Shown here piece after piece: positions 47,801-55,834 of a DNA stretch of 64,000 nt. Under the pieces are notes generated by a model. It made no database searches, was not told the DNA's origin, and worked only from the letters and a program-made list of their open reading frames with translations. The DNA is from Candidatus Hydrogenedentota bacterium (GTDB lineage Bacteria > Hydrogenedentota > Hydrogenedentia > Hydrogenedentales > SLHB01). A program made the position numbers and the translations under genes. Location: assembly GCA_045863295.1 (NCBI GenBank), contig BTWA01000003.1:1-64000 (forward strand). Direction: 5' to 3'. How positions within the stretch are numbered: position 1 is the stretch's first letter; each line of letters opens with the position of its first letter.

Positions 47801-50599
47801 GCGGTACTAGACAATGTCCGGTTCGCGTGTACCGAGTGGGCTACCACTAATACCCAGGACTTCACTCTGTATTTTGTAGGACCAGGCGCTCTAGCTGGCT
47901 TCTGGGTAAACAACGCGGAACTGCTTTTGTGGGATCAACTCGATTCCTGGCTTGACGTGCTCCAGGACTCTTTGGAAGGCCAAGTCACTATAGTGTGCGA
48001 CGCGGACAGCGCGGGTAGCATGCTCTTGGGATTGATTCCGGCCACCAATAAACCTCGAATCATTGTGGCCGGAACCGACGCTGGTCAGTCGGCAGGTTAC
48101 TACTACGGCGGTGCCATCAGCTTTTCAAAATTCTTCTGGGGCCACGTGGCCGCTGGTGCGACCATAGCAAAGGCTCTTGACTTCTCTGCACAGGCTATGC
48201 AGTTTGCCTCTAACAAACAACCTGCGATTGATGACAATGGCGATGGCGTATACAACACAAAAACAGATGGGGGTTTGGCAGGCAATTACTATATCGGAAA
48301 TGGAATTCTAGTCGCCGGTGATGAACCACTTATCGGCACAATTGTCGAAGAACAGCACCTAGATTCCCCGACGGCTGCAACCATTTGGGTTGACCAAGTT
48401 ACCTCCACCGGGTCGATCGAACAAGTTCTCGCACTTGTCACACCGCCGACTGGTACTCCCGTCGAACTCCCATTACAGAATCTTGGTGACGGTCATTACG
48501 AATCTGAGTTTACTGAGCTCGCAGAAAGCGGCACCTATCATGTGAGCGTTACGGCAATGGACACCAAAGGTCAATTATCCATGCCCAAATCTACAAGAAT
48601 TATTCGAATTGGAAGTGTATTGCCCGATGAATATGAAACCGACAACACACCGGCGTCTGCACAATGGATCGGATTAGATGCGCCATACGATCAACACCAC
48701 AATTTTCACGAACTTGGCGACTCGGATTGGGTTCAATTCTTTGCCCAGACAGGTCAAGTCGTTACGATTGAAACTAATAATCTGGGATTGGAAGTTGACA
48801 CCTATGTCGAACTTTACAGGCCTAATGGTTCACTGGTTACTTACAATGACGATCGGGAGACTGATAACAGGTCGTCCTGCTTGAATTGGATCGTAGATGA
48901 AAGTGCCCTGTTTCTTGCAACAGTTACCCATGCGCAAAAATCGAATCTGACGGGATTCGGGCATGCGACGCTCTACGATCTGCGCGTATGGTGTGAGAAT
49001 GGGCTCTCGGCGCCGGGATCTCTTTCTATTTATGTTGCGAACGGACAGGGCGTTGCCATTCCATACGCTCAAGTCTCCATCACTGCCCAGTCTCCGGTAT
49101 GGTCTGCGCAACAGCAAACACGCATGGACGGCACATACACATTTGGTGGTCTTGCACAAGGCAACTATGTAATCACCGCCAGCGCATCGCAGTATGTATC
49201 TGCCACTTCCGATTGTCCGGTTATTGCCGGAGGGACCACGGCGCAGGCCATTGTGTTGCCTGCAATGCCCGGCAGTATTCAATGTATAATTGAGCCTATA
49301 GAAACCCCTATCAACGGTGCGTTTTGGCGTGTCGACGATGGCGCATGGCTTACAGGAGGCGCCAGCACTGCCGCATCACCTGGTATCCATATCGTCTCAT
49401 TTAGCCACGTTGTGGGATGGGTCACACCACTTCCACTCAACGTAACGGTAGCTAGTGGACAGATTTCCAAGACTGCAGGTACGTACAGCAGAACGGTACT
49501 CGCTATACCACATAATCTGCATGCTTCGGATGGAATGTTCCCAGATAAGATTCGATTGCAATGGAACGAAGTTCCCAACGCCACAAGCTATCGAGTTTAC
49601 CGAGCTCAAACATGGATTGGCTCAAGCGCCGTAACCTTGGCCGACGTAACCGAAGCATCGTTTGAAGATTTCACCGCCGAGCAACCTGCTGAACCGTTCC
49701 CGCCAGGTGGGTGTGGCACGGACGGCTCGCCGGATATTGAATTGGCCTACTATATCTATTGGGTGCAAGCCCTCGGCCCAGGCAATACGGCCAGCGACTG
49801 GAGTGACCCAGACATAGGCCACAGAGGACCCAGCGCGGATTCGGTCAAGTCGGACTCTCGAGAAGTATTGTTCGAAGCCGCACTGCCTTCCATCCCCGCC
49901 GGTAATGGTCTCCGCTTTGCCAAGCCATCGGACACAATTGCAATTCGCTTGCGTTCGGAAGACCCAATCGACACGGATTCCGTATGGGCGATTGCCCGGT
50001 GGAAATCGGGAAGCACCGCAGCGGCAAGATGGATCCCCGTACCAAATAGCAACGCCACCGACGGGTGGGTCGTACTCGACCCGGAAATGAACTGGCCGGA
50101 AGAAGAATTGGTTGAGGTAGAGGCTGGAGCAAAGACACATTCCGGTGAGGCTTTATTTGGAACGCCCCACACATTCAAAATTCAATCGTCTGGGTTCACT
50201 CTAGCGCAGCTGCCGGAATTGCCCAATGCCGTGGGTGACTATGTTGTGGCAGATATTGGTGCGCCCGCGATCGCTGCAATGCCGGTGATCCCGAATATCC
50301 CCAACGGCGAAATGCCCAACTTGACGCCATTCTACTACATCCCCGATGGCCCGAATACAGGTTGGCATCCCGCGGATCAGATTGCCGGTCTCCTGCAAAG
50401 TACTGATTCGAATGGTTCGTTGCAGGTCTACCATGGGGGCATATTTCAGTGGGCACAATCACACGTAACTCAAGCACAAGTTTCACCTTCAGGAGCTGCC
50501 TTGCCCGCAAACCGTGGAGTGATGCTGGTCTTGTTTGCAGTGGTCCTCGCGTTGGCTTTCAATAGATGTCGACTAGCAAGATTCATCAATCGGCGCTGA
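44810..50599 (+). CDS. Large surface protein: 12 NHL repeats, two C13/caspase-like (clan CD) peptidase domains, Ig/PPC/carboxypeptidase-regulatory/Fn3-like domains, C-terminal membrane anchor
   Basis: Signal peptide and 12 F..P..IA.D..GNVYV.D..N.R.QKF repeats. KAIIAAGGG...LVDHG...YDACESG...FS.YFW...QTPLLDDN, with a second degenerate copy. DEYETDN/D.DWVQF PPC-like module and a hydrophobic C-terminus with basic tail. Confidence 0.85.
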   Translation: MRVTLRSFVRGLSLIAVFATIPMSSNAQLSYRFERLWPALAQPWYFEPHGMATDVNNNVFIADFRNNCVKKFTRDGRFLLSWGELGSSPGQFNKIQCVAVDPSGNVYVSESGNNRIQKFDSNGKLVLEWISSGIESFDHPIDLALDSVGNVYVAHSYSGYVQKFDGQGEFKGTIGSGQIGHPKGIALDRNGNLYVTGERVKVFDSLGVLVKLWGSIGTGDGQFNDPSDVALDSDSNVYILDRNNFRVQKFDSNGGFLSKWGSYGDNIAQFTNPRCITVDRDGFVYVADGDLGPIQKFDRDGQFLASWGSRGNPGGGFYSPEDVTIDKDRNVLVLDTYNARVQKFDPMGRFLFAWGEKGNGNGQFNLPRGIEVNSLNHVYIADTFNHRIQKFDSNGVFMLAFGFEGSGDASFYFPEDIAIDSSDNIYVADTSNFRVQKYNSNGTFLGKWGSEGTGDGQFMTPRGIAVDNQDRVYVCDAFIGRIQVFDAAGNLLSNWGSIGSGPGQLFAARHIAIDDNNRVFVADNGNNRIQVFDPNGQFLTSWGEKGTGPNQFNSPWGVAIDSNGAAYVTDAQNNRLQKFKPVLSNQVAKAIIAAGGGPFLGNNLWEATQSSANYAYRSLAYQGFTKESIHYLSSDTSLDLDENGVADDVSGDCTLVNLQLALTQWAPAQLGELPTGDVVVYLVDHGAPGTFRMNGTEILDVSSLANWLNTLQAGIQGKLTLIYDACESGTFVPQLSSSTFAGKRIVISSTSPGELAYFVNSGTVSFSNYFWTQIFNGLSIREAFDIAKAALGETFDFQTPLLDDNADGQGNGTDDGTLASLSHIGNGIQLFWEGPVIGNVSPIQNLDNTATATLTADPVTDLDGISRVWAVIRPPGFQSTSSSTPVTSLPSVDLLPATGDRWQAEYSGFTTAGTYTIFIYARDRIGNTSAPSKTTVNVTNPLSRKVLILAGGNTASPQWPVFENLGQVAYTSLISQGYNADDIYYLSRTLTQGVDGLAVLDNVRFACTEWATTNTQDFTLYFVGPGALAGFWVNNAELLLWDQLDSWLDVLQDSLEGQVTIVCDADSAGSMLLGLIPATNKPRIIVAGTDAGQSAGYYYGGAISFSKFFWGHVAAGATIAKALDFSAQAMQFASNKQPAIDDNGDGVYNTKTDGGLAGNYYIGNGILVAGDEPLIGTIVEEQHLDSPTAATIWVDQVTSTGSIEQVLALVTPPTGTPVELPLQNLGDGHYESEFTELAESGTYHVSVTAMDTKGQLSMPKSTRIIRIGSVLPDEYETDNTPASAQWIGLDAPYDQHHNFHELGDSDWVQFFAQTGQVVTIETNNLGLEVDTYVELYRPNGSLVTYNDDRETDNRSSCLNWIVDESALFLATVTHAQKSNLTGFGHATLYDLRVWCENGLSAPGSLSIYVANGQGVAIPYAQVSITAQSPVWSAQQQTRMDGTYTFGGLAQGNYVITASASQYVSATSDCPVIAGGTTAQAIVLPAMPGSIQCIIEPIETPINGAFWRVDDGAWLTGGASTAASPGIHIVSFSHVVGWVTPLPLNVTVASGQISKTAGTYSRTVLAIPHNLHASDGMFPDKIRLQWNEVPNATSYRVYRAQTWIGSSAVTLADVTEASFEDFTAEQPAEPFPPGGCGTDGSPDIELAYYIYWVQALGPGNTASDWSDPDIGHRGPSADSVKSDSREVLFEAALPSIPAGNGLRFAKPSDTIAIRLRSEDPIDTDSVWAIARWKSGSTAAARWIPVPNSNATDGWVVLDPEMNWPEEELVEVEAGAKTHSGEALFGTPHTFKIQSSGFTLAQLPELPNAVGDYVVADIGAPAIAAMPVIPNIPNGEMPNLTPFYYIPDGPNTGWHPADQIAGLLQSTDSNGSLQVYHGGIFQWAQSHVTQAQVSPSGAALPANRGVMLVLFAVVLALAFNRCRLARFINRR

Positions 50600-51119
50600 T
50601 TGCAGAACTCGAATCAAGCGAGCCCATTTCAGACTGACTTGTTCCTGCCTTCTTGGATATCGTAGTCAACACTACGGCGCCCACACCTCGCAGAAACACG
50701 CTAATCGAGAACAGTTGACCTATCACGGGCGCAAGAAAAGCACTCTCCGCGGCGATACCGCCAAGTAACACAATGCGCGTCGTCGTTGCATCGGGATCGA
50801 TCATGCGCTCGCCCAGCCGCCTATACCCCGCCGCATAGCCGAAGGCCGCCATAACGATGACAGAACCCCAAATTAACAAGCCCACCAGTGCAAGTACGCG
50901 CGTGCTGATCAAAAGCAGACCTACAAAAAAAAGTACGAGCGTGTTCACCAGACCAATTACGGCACACTCAACCGCCCGCGTCCGGTACAATAGGGAAATG
51001 CGCTGCATGCGTTCCGAATACGCGGCGTGCAACCACACCGCCATGCCCACGTGGCCCGCTTTAAAGGCAAGAAGCACCAGCATCAATGCAATCGCGCCCA
51101 GCGCACGTTCCGGTTGCAT
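50586..51119 (-). CDS. Hypothetical multi-pass membrane protein (paralog of 55103-55639)
   Basis: About 5 hydrophobic helices. Starts 1 nt after the anti-sigma stop. RRLGERM...VLLGG...FLAPVIG...GVGA. Confidence 0.75.
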   Translation of the reverse strand: MQPERALGAIALMLVLLAFKAGHVGMAVWLHAAYSERMQRISLLYRTRAVECAVIGLVNTLVLFFVGLLLISTRVLALVGLLIWGSVIVMAAFGYAAGYRRLGERMIDPDATTTRIVLLGGIAAESAFLAPVIGQLFSISVFLRGVGAVVLTTISKKAGTSQSEMGSLDSSSAISAD

Positions 51120-51120
51120 A

Positions 51121-51705
51121 CTACCTCGCCCCCCATCGGCTGACGTCACGAGTCAATGCTCCAGACGCCCGTATCCGAACCACTTCAATTCCATTCACAA
51201 TCGCCAACACTCCGGCCGCCGACACAAGCGCAGACACCAAGAGACCATTCGAAATCGTCGGAACCGCTCTAAAGAAAGTATCCAACAGGTTTTGTAACTC
51301 CACCGCCAAATCGCCAATAGAGTATTGAGGAGTGGCAACAAGCGTAATCGCGAATGTCTGATTGATCCACGACCACCATACCGCCGGCTCCGCGGCTCCT
51401 GGATAGAACCAACCCGCCATGGCGGCACCCGACAGAACAATCGTTGCCACTATTGCGATAGTCACATTTCGAACCCGGTACCGTCCCGCCTCCGACGCAA
51501 TGCGTGCCTGCACTGCCGTTACCAGTTCCCGGCGTACGGGCTCCAATTCCAAATGAAGCAATGCGTCATCAACTGCGGCCAAACGATCCAGGTATGCGGC
51601 ACATCCGGGACACACCGCCAAGTGACTGTCCACCTCCGGCAACATAGGTTCGTCCGCATCAAATAGCGCGGCAATAGTCACTCGCACTTGATCGCAATTC
51701 ATCAT
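51121..51705 (-). CDS. Zinc-binding (ZAS, zf-HC2) membrane-anchored anti-sigma factor
   Basis: MNC..VR...D...HLAVCPGC (HxxxCxxC) and two TM segments. ATGA overlap with the sigma gene. Confidence 0.88.
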   Translation of the reverse strand: MMNCDQVRVTIAALFDADEPMLPEVDSHLAVCPGCAAYLDRLAAVDDALLHLELEPVRRELVTAVQARIASEAGRYRVRNVTIAIVATIVLSGAAMAGWFYPGAAEPAVWWSWINQTFAITLVATPQYSIGDLAVELQNLLDTFFRAVPTISNGLLVSALVSAAGVLAIVNGIEVVRIRASGALTRDVSRWGAR

Positions 51706-52400
51706 GGTTCCCTATCCACCAGCCACTCGCGTAGCTTTCGTCGAGCGCGATGCAGCGCAACTTTTGCAGCCGCCTCGCTGATCCCGCACGCCTCGGCAGC
51801 GTCACGAATCGCCATGCCTTCAAAATAATGCATATGCACGAGCGCGGCCGACTGCGCCGGCAAACGCCGCACCGCCGCCGTAATTTGCGTGTTCAAATCC
51901 CGGCGATCCGCCAATTCACGGCCGTCAGCCAAAGTTGCGGCAGGCTCCTGCCACGAGTTCTCGCGCTCATCGTCGTCTAGTGAAAACGCTAAGCCGCCAC
52001 GCTTACGCGACCGAATCGCATTAAATGAAACATTGGTTGCAATTGCATAAATCCACGTGCGGAATGACCGCGAAGGATCGTAACTGCCCAAATACCGGTA
52101 CGCGCGAAGAAATGTCTCTTGTACCAAATCCTCCGCCTCTTCACGGTGCCCGATCATCCGGTATATGTGCGTGTACATCCTCGGCGCATACCGGGCTATC
52201 AACAAGTCGAACGCCGCCGAGTCACCGCCGCAAGCGCGCCGGGCGCAATCGGCATCCTCATCTGATGTTGTAATGCTCGCGTCGGGCGATTCGATCGATT
52301 TCATCGGAAGTGGCTCGCGGACGCCAACCAACGGCGTGGGCAGAAGCCCATCCCACGCCCACGCGGCCGCCATGGCCTTTCGCACGAAGACCTTATCCAT
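51702..52400 (-). CDS. ECF RNA polymerase sigma factor
   Basis: GD..AF..L..RY, AEDLVQETFLRAY, SFRTWIYAIATN, LP......V...YFEG......A...G.SE...KV.LHRARRKLR. The start could be 52304. Confidence 0.93.
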   Translation of the reverse strand: MDKVFVRKAMAAAWAWDGLLPTPLVGVREPLPMKSIESPDASITTSDEDADCARRACGGDSAAFDLLIARYAPRMYTHIYRMIGHREEAEDLVQETFLRAYRYLGSYDPSRSFRTWIYAIATNVSFNAIRSRKRGGLAFSLDDDERENSWQEPAATLADGRELADRRDLNTQITAAVRRLPAQSAALVHMHYFEGMAIRDAAEACGISEAAAKVALHRARRKLREWLVDREP

Positions 52401-53511
52401 ACAACTCCATCGGCGCGATGCGATACGAAGGAAATACCGGGTTCAAATCCGTCACGCCGCTGTGCCACGTCATGACGGGAGCAATCACATCGCGGTAATT
52501 GTGATACACAGGCAAATCGCCCGGACCTTCCAGCACCTCGTTGTCCAGTCCCTTCCATTCGCCGTATACCCGCCCGCCCTTCACGTCGGCTCCCATAACC
52601 AGCATTACGCTCCCGCGCCCATGATCCGTTCCCAGAGAAGCGTTCTCATAGGTGCGCCGCCCAAACTCGGTCATGACAACCACCGTAGTATGCTTCATCA
52701 GCGCCCCCAAGTCACGGCGAAACGCCACCAGACCCTCCGCAAGCGATGTCATGTTCGGATCGATCAGACTGCCTTGGGCGAAGTGCGAATCCCAGCCGTC
52801 AAGGTCAATGCACGCCGCTTCCATGCCTACACGCGCTTTGATAAGCCGCGCAATCTGCATCATGCCGCGCCCAAACCGGTCATCCGGATATACCGCGCCA
52901 TCCGAAGGCATGTAACCCTTCCTCTGAAAGGTCTCTAGCCGGTGCAGCGCGGTTAGAGTCTGTCGGGCAACGAGACCCAATCCATTTGTTTCGCGCGCGT
53001 ACGCATCAGCGATCGCCCGCATAAACGGATCAGCATCCGAACCCAGGCCAAACTCCTCCAGCGACTCCATCGCCACAGCCCCCGGCGCGCCACGCAACGA
53101 TTCCGGCATGGTCTTTCCGATCGCCACCGCGGCGAGCGCTCCGGCCTCGCGCCCCGGCCGATGCCGCAAATACCGGCCCAGCCAGCCCCCGGCATCCCCG
53201 CCATGCTCCATCATGTCTTGCGCTTCAAAATGCGAACGCGTGGAATCTTCCGATCCCGCCTTATGGACAATCGCAAGCATCCCCTCCTCGTACAGTCGTC
53301 CTAGCGGCGAGAGCCTGGGATGCAATGCAAATACATCATTCAAGTAATAGGATTCCTTCCCTGAAACGCCGATGAGCGGCCGTGCACGGTAATACGCGGC
53401 ATCCTCCACCGGCGCTACCAAATGCAATCCGTCCGCGCCGCCGCGCAGAAATATCACAACAATCGACTTTTGCCAGTCGCCGTCGCCATTGATATACCCG
53501 GTATTCTGCAT
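52393..53511 (-). CDS. DUF1501 domain protein (DUF1800-associated type)
   Basis: Start after GAGGAG. VVIFLRGGADGL, RSHFEAQ, GWLGR, GWDSH, TEFGR...EN.S.GTDHG. Confidence 0.9.
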   Translation of the reverse strand: MQNTGYINGDGDWQKSIVVIFLRGGADGLHLVAPVEDAAYYRARPLIGVSGKESYYLNDVFALHPRLSPLGRLYEEGMLAIVHKAGSEDSTRSHFEAQDMMEHGGDAGGWLGRYLRHRPGREAGALAAVAIGKTMPESLRGAPGAVAMESLEEFGLGSDADPFMRAIADAYARETNGLGLVARQTLTALHRLETFQRKGYMPSDGAVYPDDRFGRGMMQIARLIKARVGMEAACIDLDGWDSHFAQGSLIDPNMTSLAEGLVAFRRDLGALMKHTTVVVMTEFGRRTYENASLGTDHGRGSVMLVMGADVKGGRVYGEWKGLDNEVLEGPGDLPVYHNYRDVIAPVMTWHSGVTDLNPVFPSYRIAPMELYG

Positions 53512-53522
53512 GATCTCCTCAA

Positions 53523-55004
53523 TCAGCACTGCTGAAATGCCGGCGTCGCAATCAAAAATGCAGGTCCTTTCCCTGACGCCGTACACAGGTCCAATTCGCC
53601 CTTTGACGGAACACGTCCCAACAAGTGGGTCATCAGTCCCTCCGGCGACTGGGCCCACGCCTGCACCTTCGGCCAGTCCACTGTCGTACCCTCCACCCGG
53701 CCGTCGGCCAATGCGGCCGCAAAATGCCACCGCCAAAGCATCCCGCCATACCAGGGTTCCGGTTCGATTGGATAACCATCCGGCGTCGGATACTGAAACG
53801 GCGCGTGACCCATGCGCGTCAGGTAATCTTGCGCACCCGCGCTTCCATCCATGTCTGCGCCCGTTGCGCGTAACGCGCTCACCACAAAATGAAACGGCCG
53901 CTTGAACGACTGATTCGCTGAAGCCCAGAAGGTCTCATGCGAAAATAGTGCGCGCAATGTCGCCTTGATGTCGCCGTGCGATTGTTGAAACGCCGCCGTT
54001 ACGGCCTGTACAGCCGCTTCAGGCGGTACAACGGAAATAAACCGCCTGCACAGCTTTTCCGCGATGTATCGTGCCGTGGCCGGATGCCCGCATACAATGG
54101 TCACCAATCGATCCAAATCGCCCTGGCCGCCGCCCGCGGGAATCTGCTGGCCCAGCACCTTCTTTTCGCCATCGTCATGCCACTCCGCTCGAAATTCGAC
54201 GCGCCCCTTCCGGAACACTTCGTCGGATCGCACGTACCAGCCCGTCAAACAACGCGCCGCCTCCATCACATCCCGCTGTGAATATCCCCCGTGCACGCCC
54301 AACGTATGCAGCTCAAGCAACTCGCGCGCGTAATTCTCGTTGGGCTGCTCATCGGCCGTCGCGCGCCGGTTCACGCGCCCGTCGAGATACCACAACATCG
54401 CGGGACTAAGCACCGATGCCTTCACCATATCGGGAAAGCGGCCGAGCGCATGCTTGCGAATAACATCCCGGTCATCGGCTGCCTTCAACCAGGCACAGTC
54501 GCCTTTAGACGGCGACACATTAAAATGGTCCGTCCAAAACTCTACCAACACTTCCTGAAGCTGCCGCTTGCTGTACACGGCCCGCAAAACCGACGCCTCG
54601 CTCATCTCACGCAACAAATAGTCCTGCTTGTATTCGAACAGCGTACCAACCGGCGCGCTGAGACTCTCCAACCGCCGCACGCGCCAATCGCAATCGCTGT
54701 CATCAATGGATTCCGGATGTAGTTGCTCTTCCAGGTAGGCGTCGATCCCCAGGGCTCCCACCCGCGCATACTCTCCTGGCCATGGACCAAATGCGAACCG
54801 GTTCAACGCATGCGTAATCCGATCCGTCTGCGTCCCTGCCGGAAGCGACGCATCCCCAAAGGACGCCTCGGACGGATACAAAAGACCATTCAGCGACATG
54901 CGATCGCATCCAGCCGCCACCACGGAAGCAACAGCCGCCCCGAGGAAACCTCTCCGGGATACTTCGTTTCGCCTCATTACTGGTCTCATCACGCGCTCAC
55001 CCAA
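53523..55004 (-). CDS. DUF1800 domain protein with Tat lipoprotein-like signal
   Basis: SRRGFLG...AAGC. HALNRFAFG, RAVYSKRQLQE.LVEFW.DHFN, SPAMLWYLD, NENYARELLELHTLG, HPATARYIA.KL, PTPDGYP. The start could be 54989. Confidence 0.92.
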   Translation of the reverse strand: MGERVMRPVMRRNEVSRRGFLGAAVASVVAAGCDRMSLNGLLYPSEASFGDASLPAGTQTDRITHALNRFAFGPWPGEYARVGALGIDAYLEEQLHPESIDDSDCDWRVRRLESLSAPVGTLFEYKQDYLLREMSEASVLRAVYSKRQLQEVLVEFWTDHFNVSPSKGDCAWLKAADDRDVIRKHALGRFPDMVKASVLSPAMLWYLDGRVNRRATADEQPNENYARELLELHTLGVHGGYSQRDVMEAARCLTGWYVRSDEVFRKGRVEFRAEWHDDGEKKVLGQQIPAGGGQGDLDRLVTIVCGHPATARYIAEKLCRRFISVVPPEAAVQAVTAAFQQSHGDIKATLRALFSHETFWASANQSFKRPFHFVVSALRATGADMDGSAGAQDYLTRMGHAPFQYPTPDGYPIEPEPWYGGMLWRWHFAAALADGRVEGTTVDWPKVQAWAQSPEGLMTHLLGRVPSKGELDLCTASGKGPAFLIATPAFQQC

Positions 55005-55025
55005 TCCGTGTATCCCCTAATCTCA

Positions 55026-55056
55026 CCTCCCTCCTTCGGAGGGGCTCGGGGAGGGG
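55026..55056. repeat. REP-like intergenic palindrome with cUUCGg tetraloop
   Basis: CCTCCCTCC-TTCG-GAGGGGCTCGGGGAGGGG. Confidence 0.6.
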
Positions 55057-55102
55057 AATACCTGGCTCGTCAATGGTCAATCCAATCTTCACAACCCGAC
55101 AC

Positions 55103-55639
55103 TCATGCCTGCAGCGCATTCGAACTCGAAGCCGCAACCGGTGCGGCCACCGGAGCTGGAGCCACCTGTGGCCGATTCCGGGACTGTGCCAACGCCCCAA
55201 TCCCAACCAGAAGCGCCAACGGCAACACGAAAAACCACCCAACCAGCGGCAGCACAAACGTTAAAGCCAACACTGTCCCGCCACGCAATACCCGCTTCCA
55301 CGGTTGTGCCACATCGTTCACCCCCGACAGTCGAAGCCCGATATGCCGCGCCAAGGCCGTCGATCCGAGTAGCCCGGATAGAAATACCCCACCAATCAAA
55401 ATCAGTCCCGGCAGCTTTAGCGGCGCTGGCGCGGAAGCCATCGCCAGCCCCACCACAGTCAGGGGCAATCCGGCCGCCAACCCGTACATAACCGATTTCC
55501 AAGGGTGGGAGGCCAATGCCCGGTGCGCCCGGCCCACCAGCGACGGAAAAATGGCCTCAAACAAGAGCCAATAACTCACAAATGAGATGATCAATCCCAG
55601 TATGATGAACAGAATCTTGAACACATCGGCCATAATCAT
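55103..55639 (-). CDS. Hypothetical multi-pass membrane protein (paralog of 50586-51119)
   Basis: Start after GGGGAGAG, about 5 hydrophobic helices. PWKS...GL...RHIGLRL...VLRGG...FVLPLVGW...GIGA. Confidence 0.8.
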   Translation of the reverse strand: MIMADVFKILFIILGLIISFVSYWLLFEAIFPSLVGRAHRALASHPWKSVMYGLAAGLPLTVVGLAMASAPAPLKLPGLILIGGVFLSGLLGSTALARHIGLRLSGVNDVAQPWKRVLRGGTVLALTFVLPLVGWFFVLPLALLVGIGALAQSRNRPQVAPAPVAAPVAASSSNALQA

Positions 55640-55691
55640 GGCTAGCTCTCCCCATGCAGGTTTCTCCCAAAATTGGGACGCCCGTATAACT

Positions 55692-55721
55692 GAATACCGC
55701 GTAATCCCTCGTGAGGTTACA
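55692..55721 (-). promoter_or_regulatory. Candidate ECF-sigma promoter for the DUF1800/DUF1501/ECF operon
   Basis: Minus strand TGTAAC-N17-GGTATTC about 50 nt upstream of the first gene, resembling the AAC...CGT-type ECF consensus. Confidence 0.4.
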
Positions 55722-55834
55722 CCGGTTTGGAGGAAACTCCGGTTTGCTGGAGCATCGCGCATTGCTCCGAGTCGGCCATATTTGTACTATTCGGAAGACC
55801 CACATGACGATGCGCGACCGGAAAAGGTGCCTCT

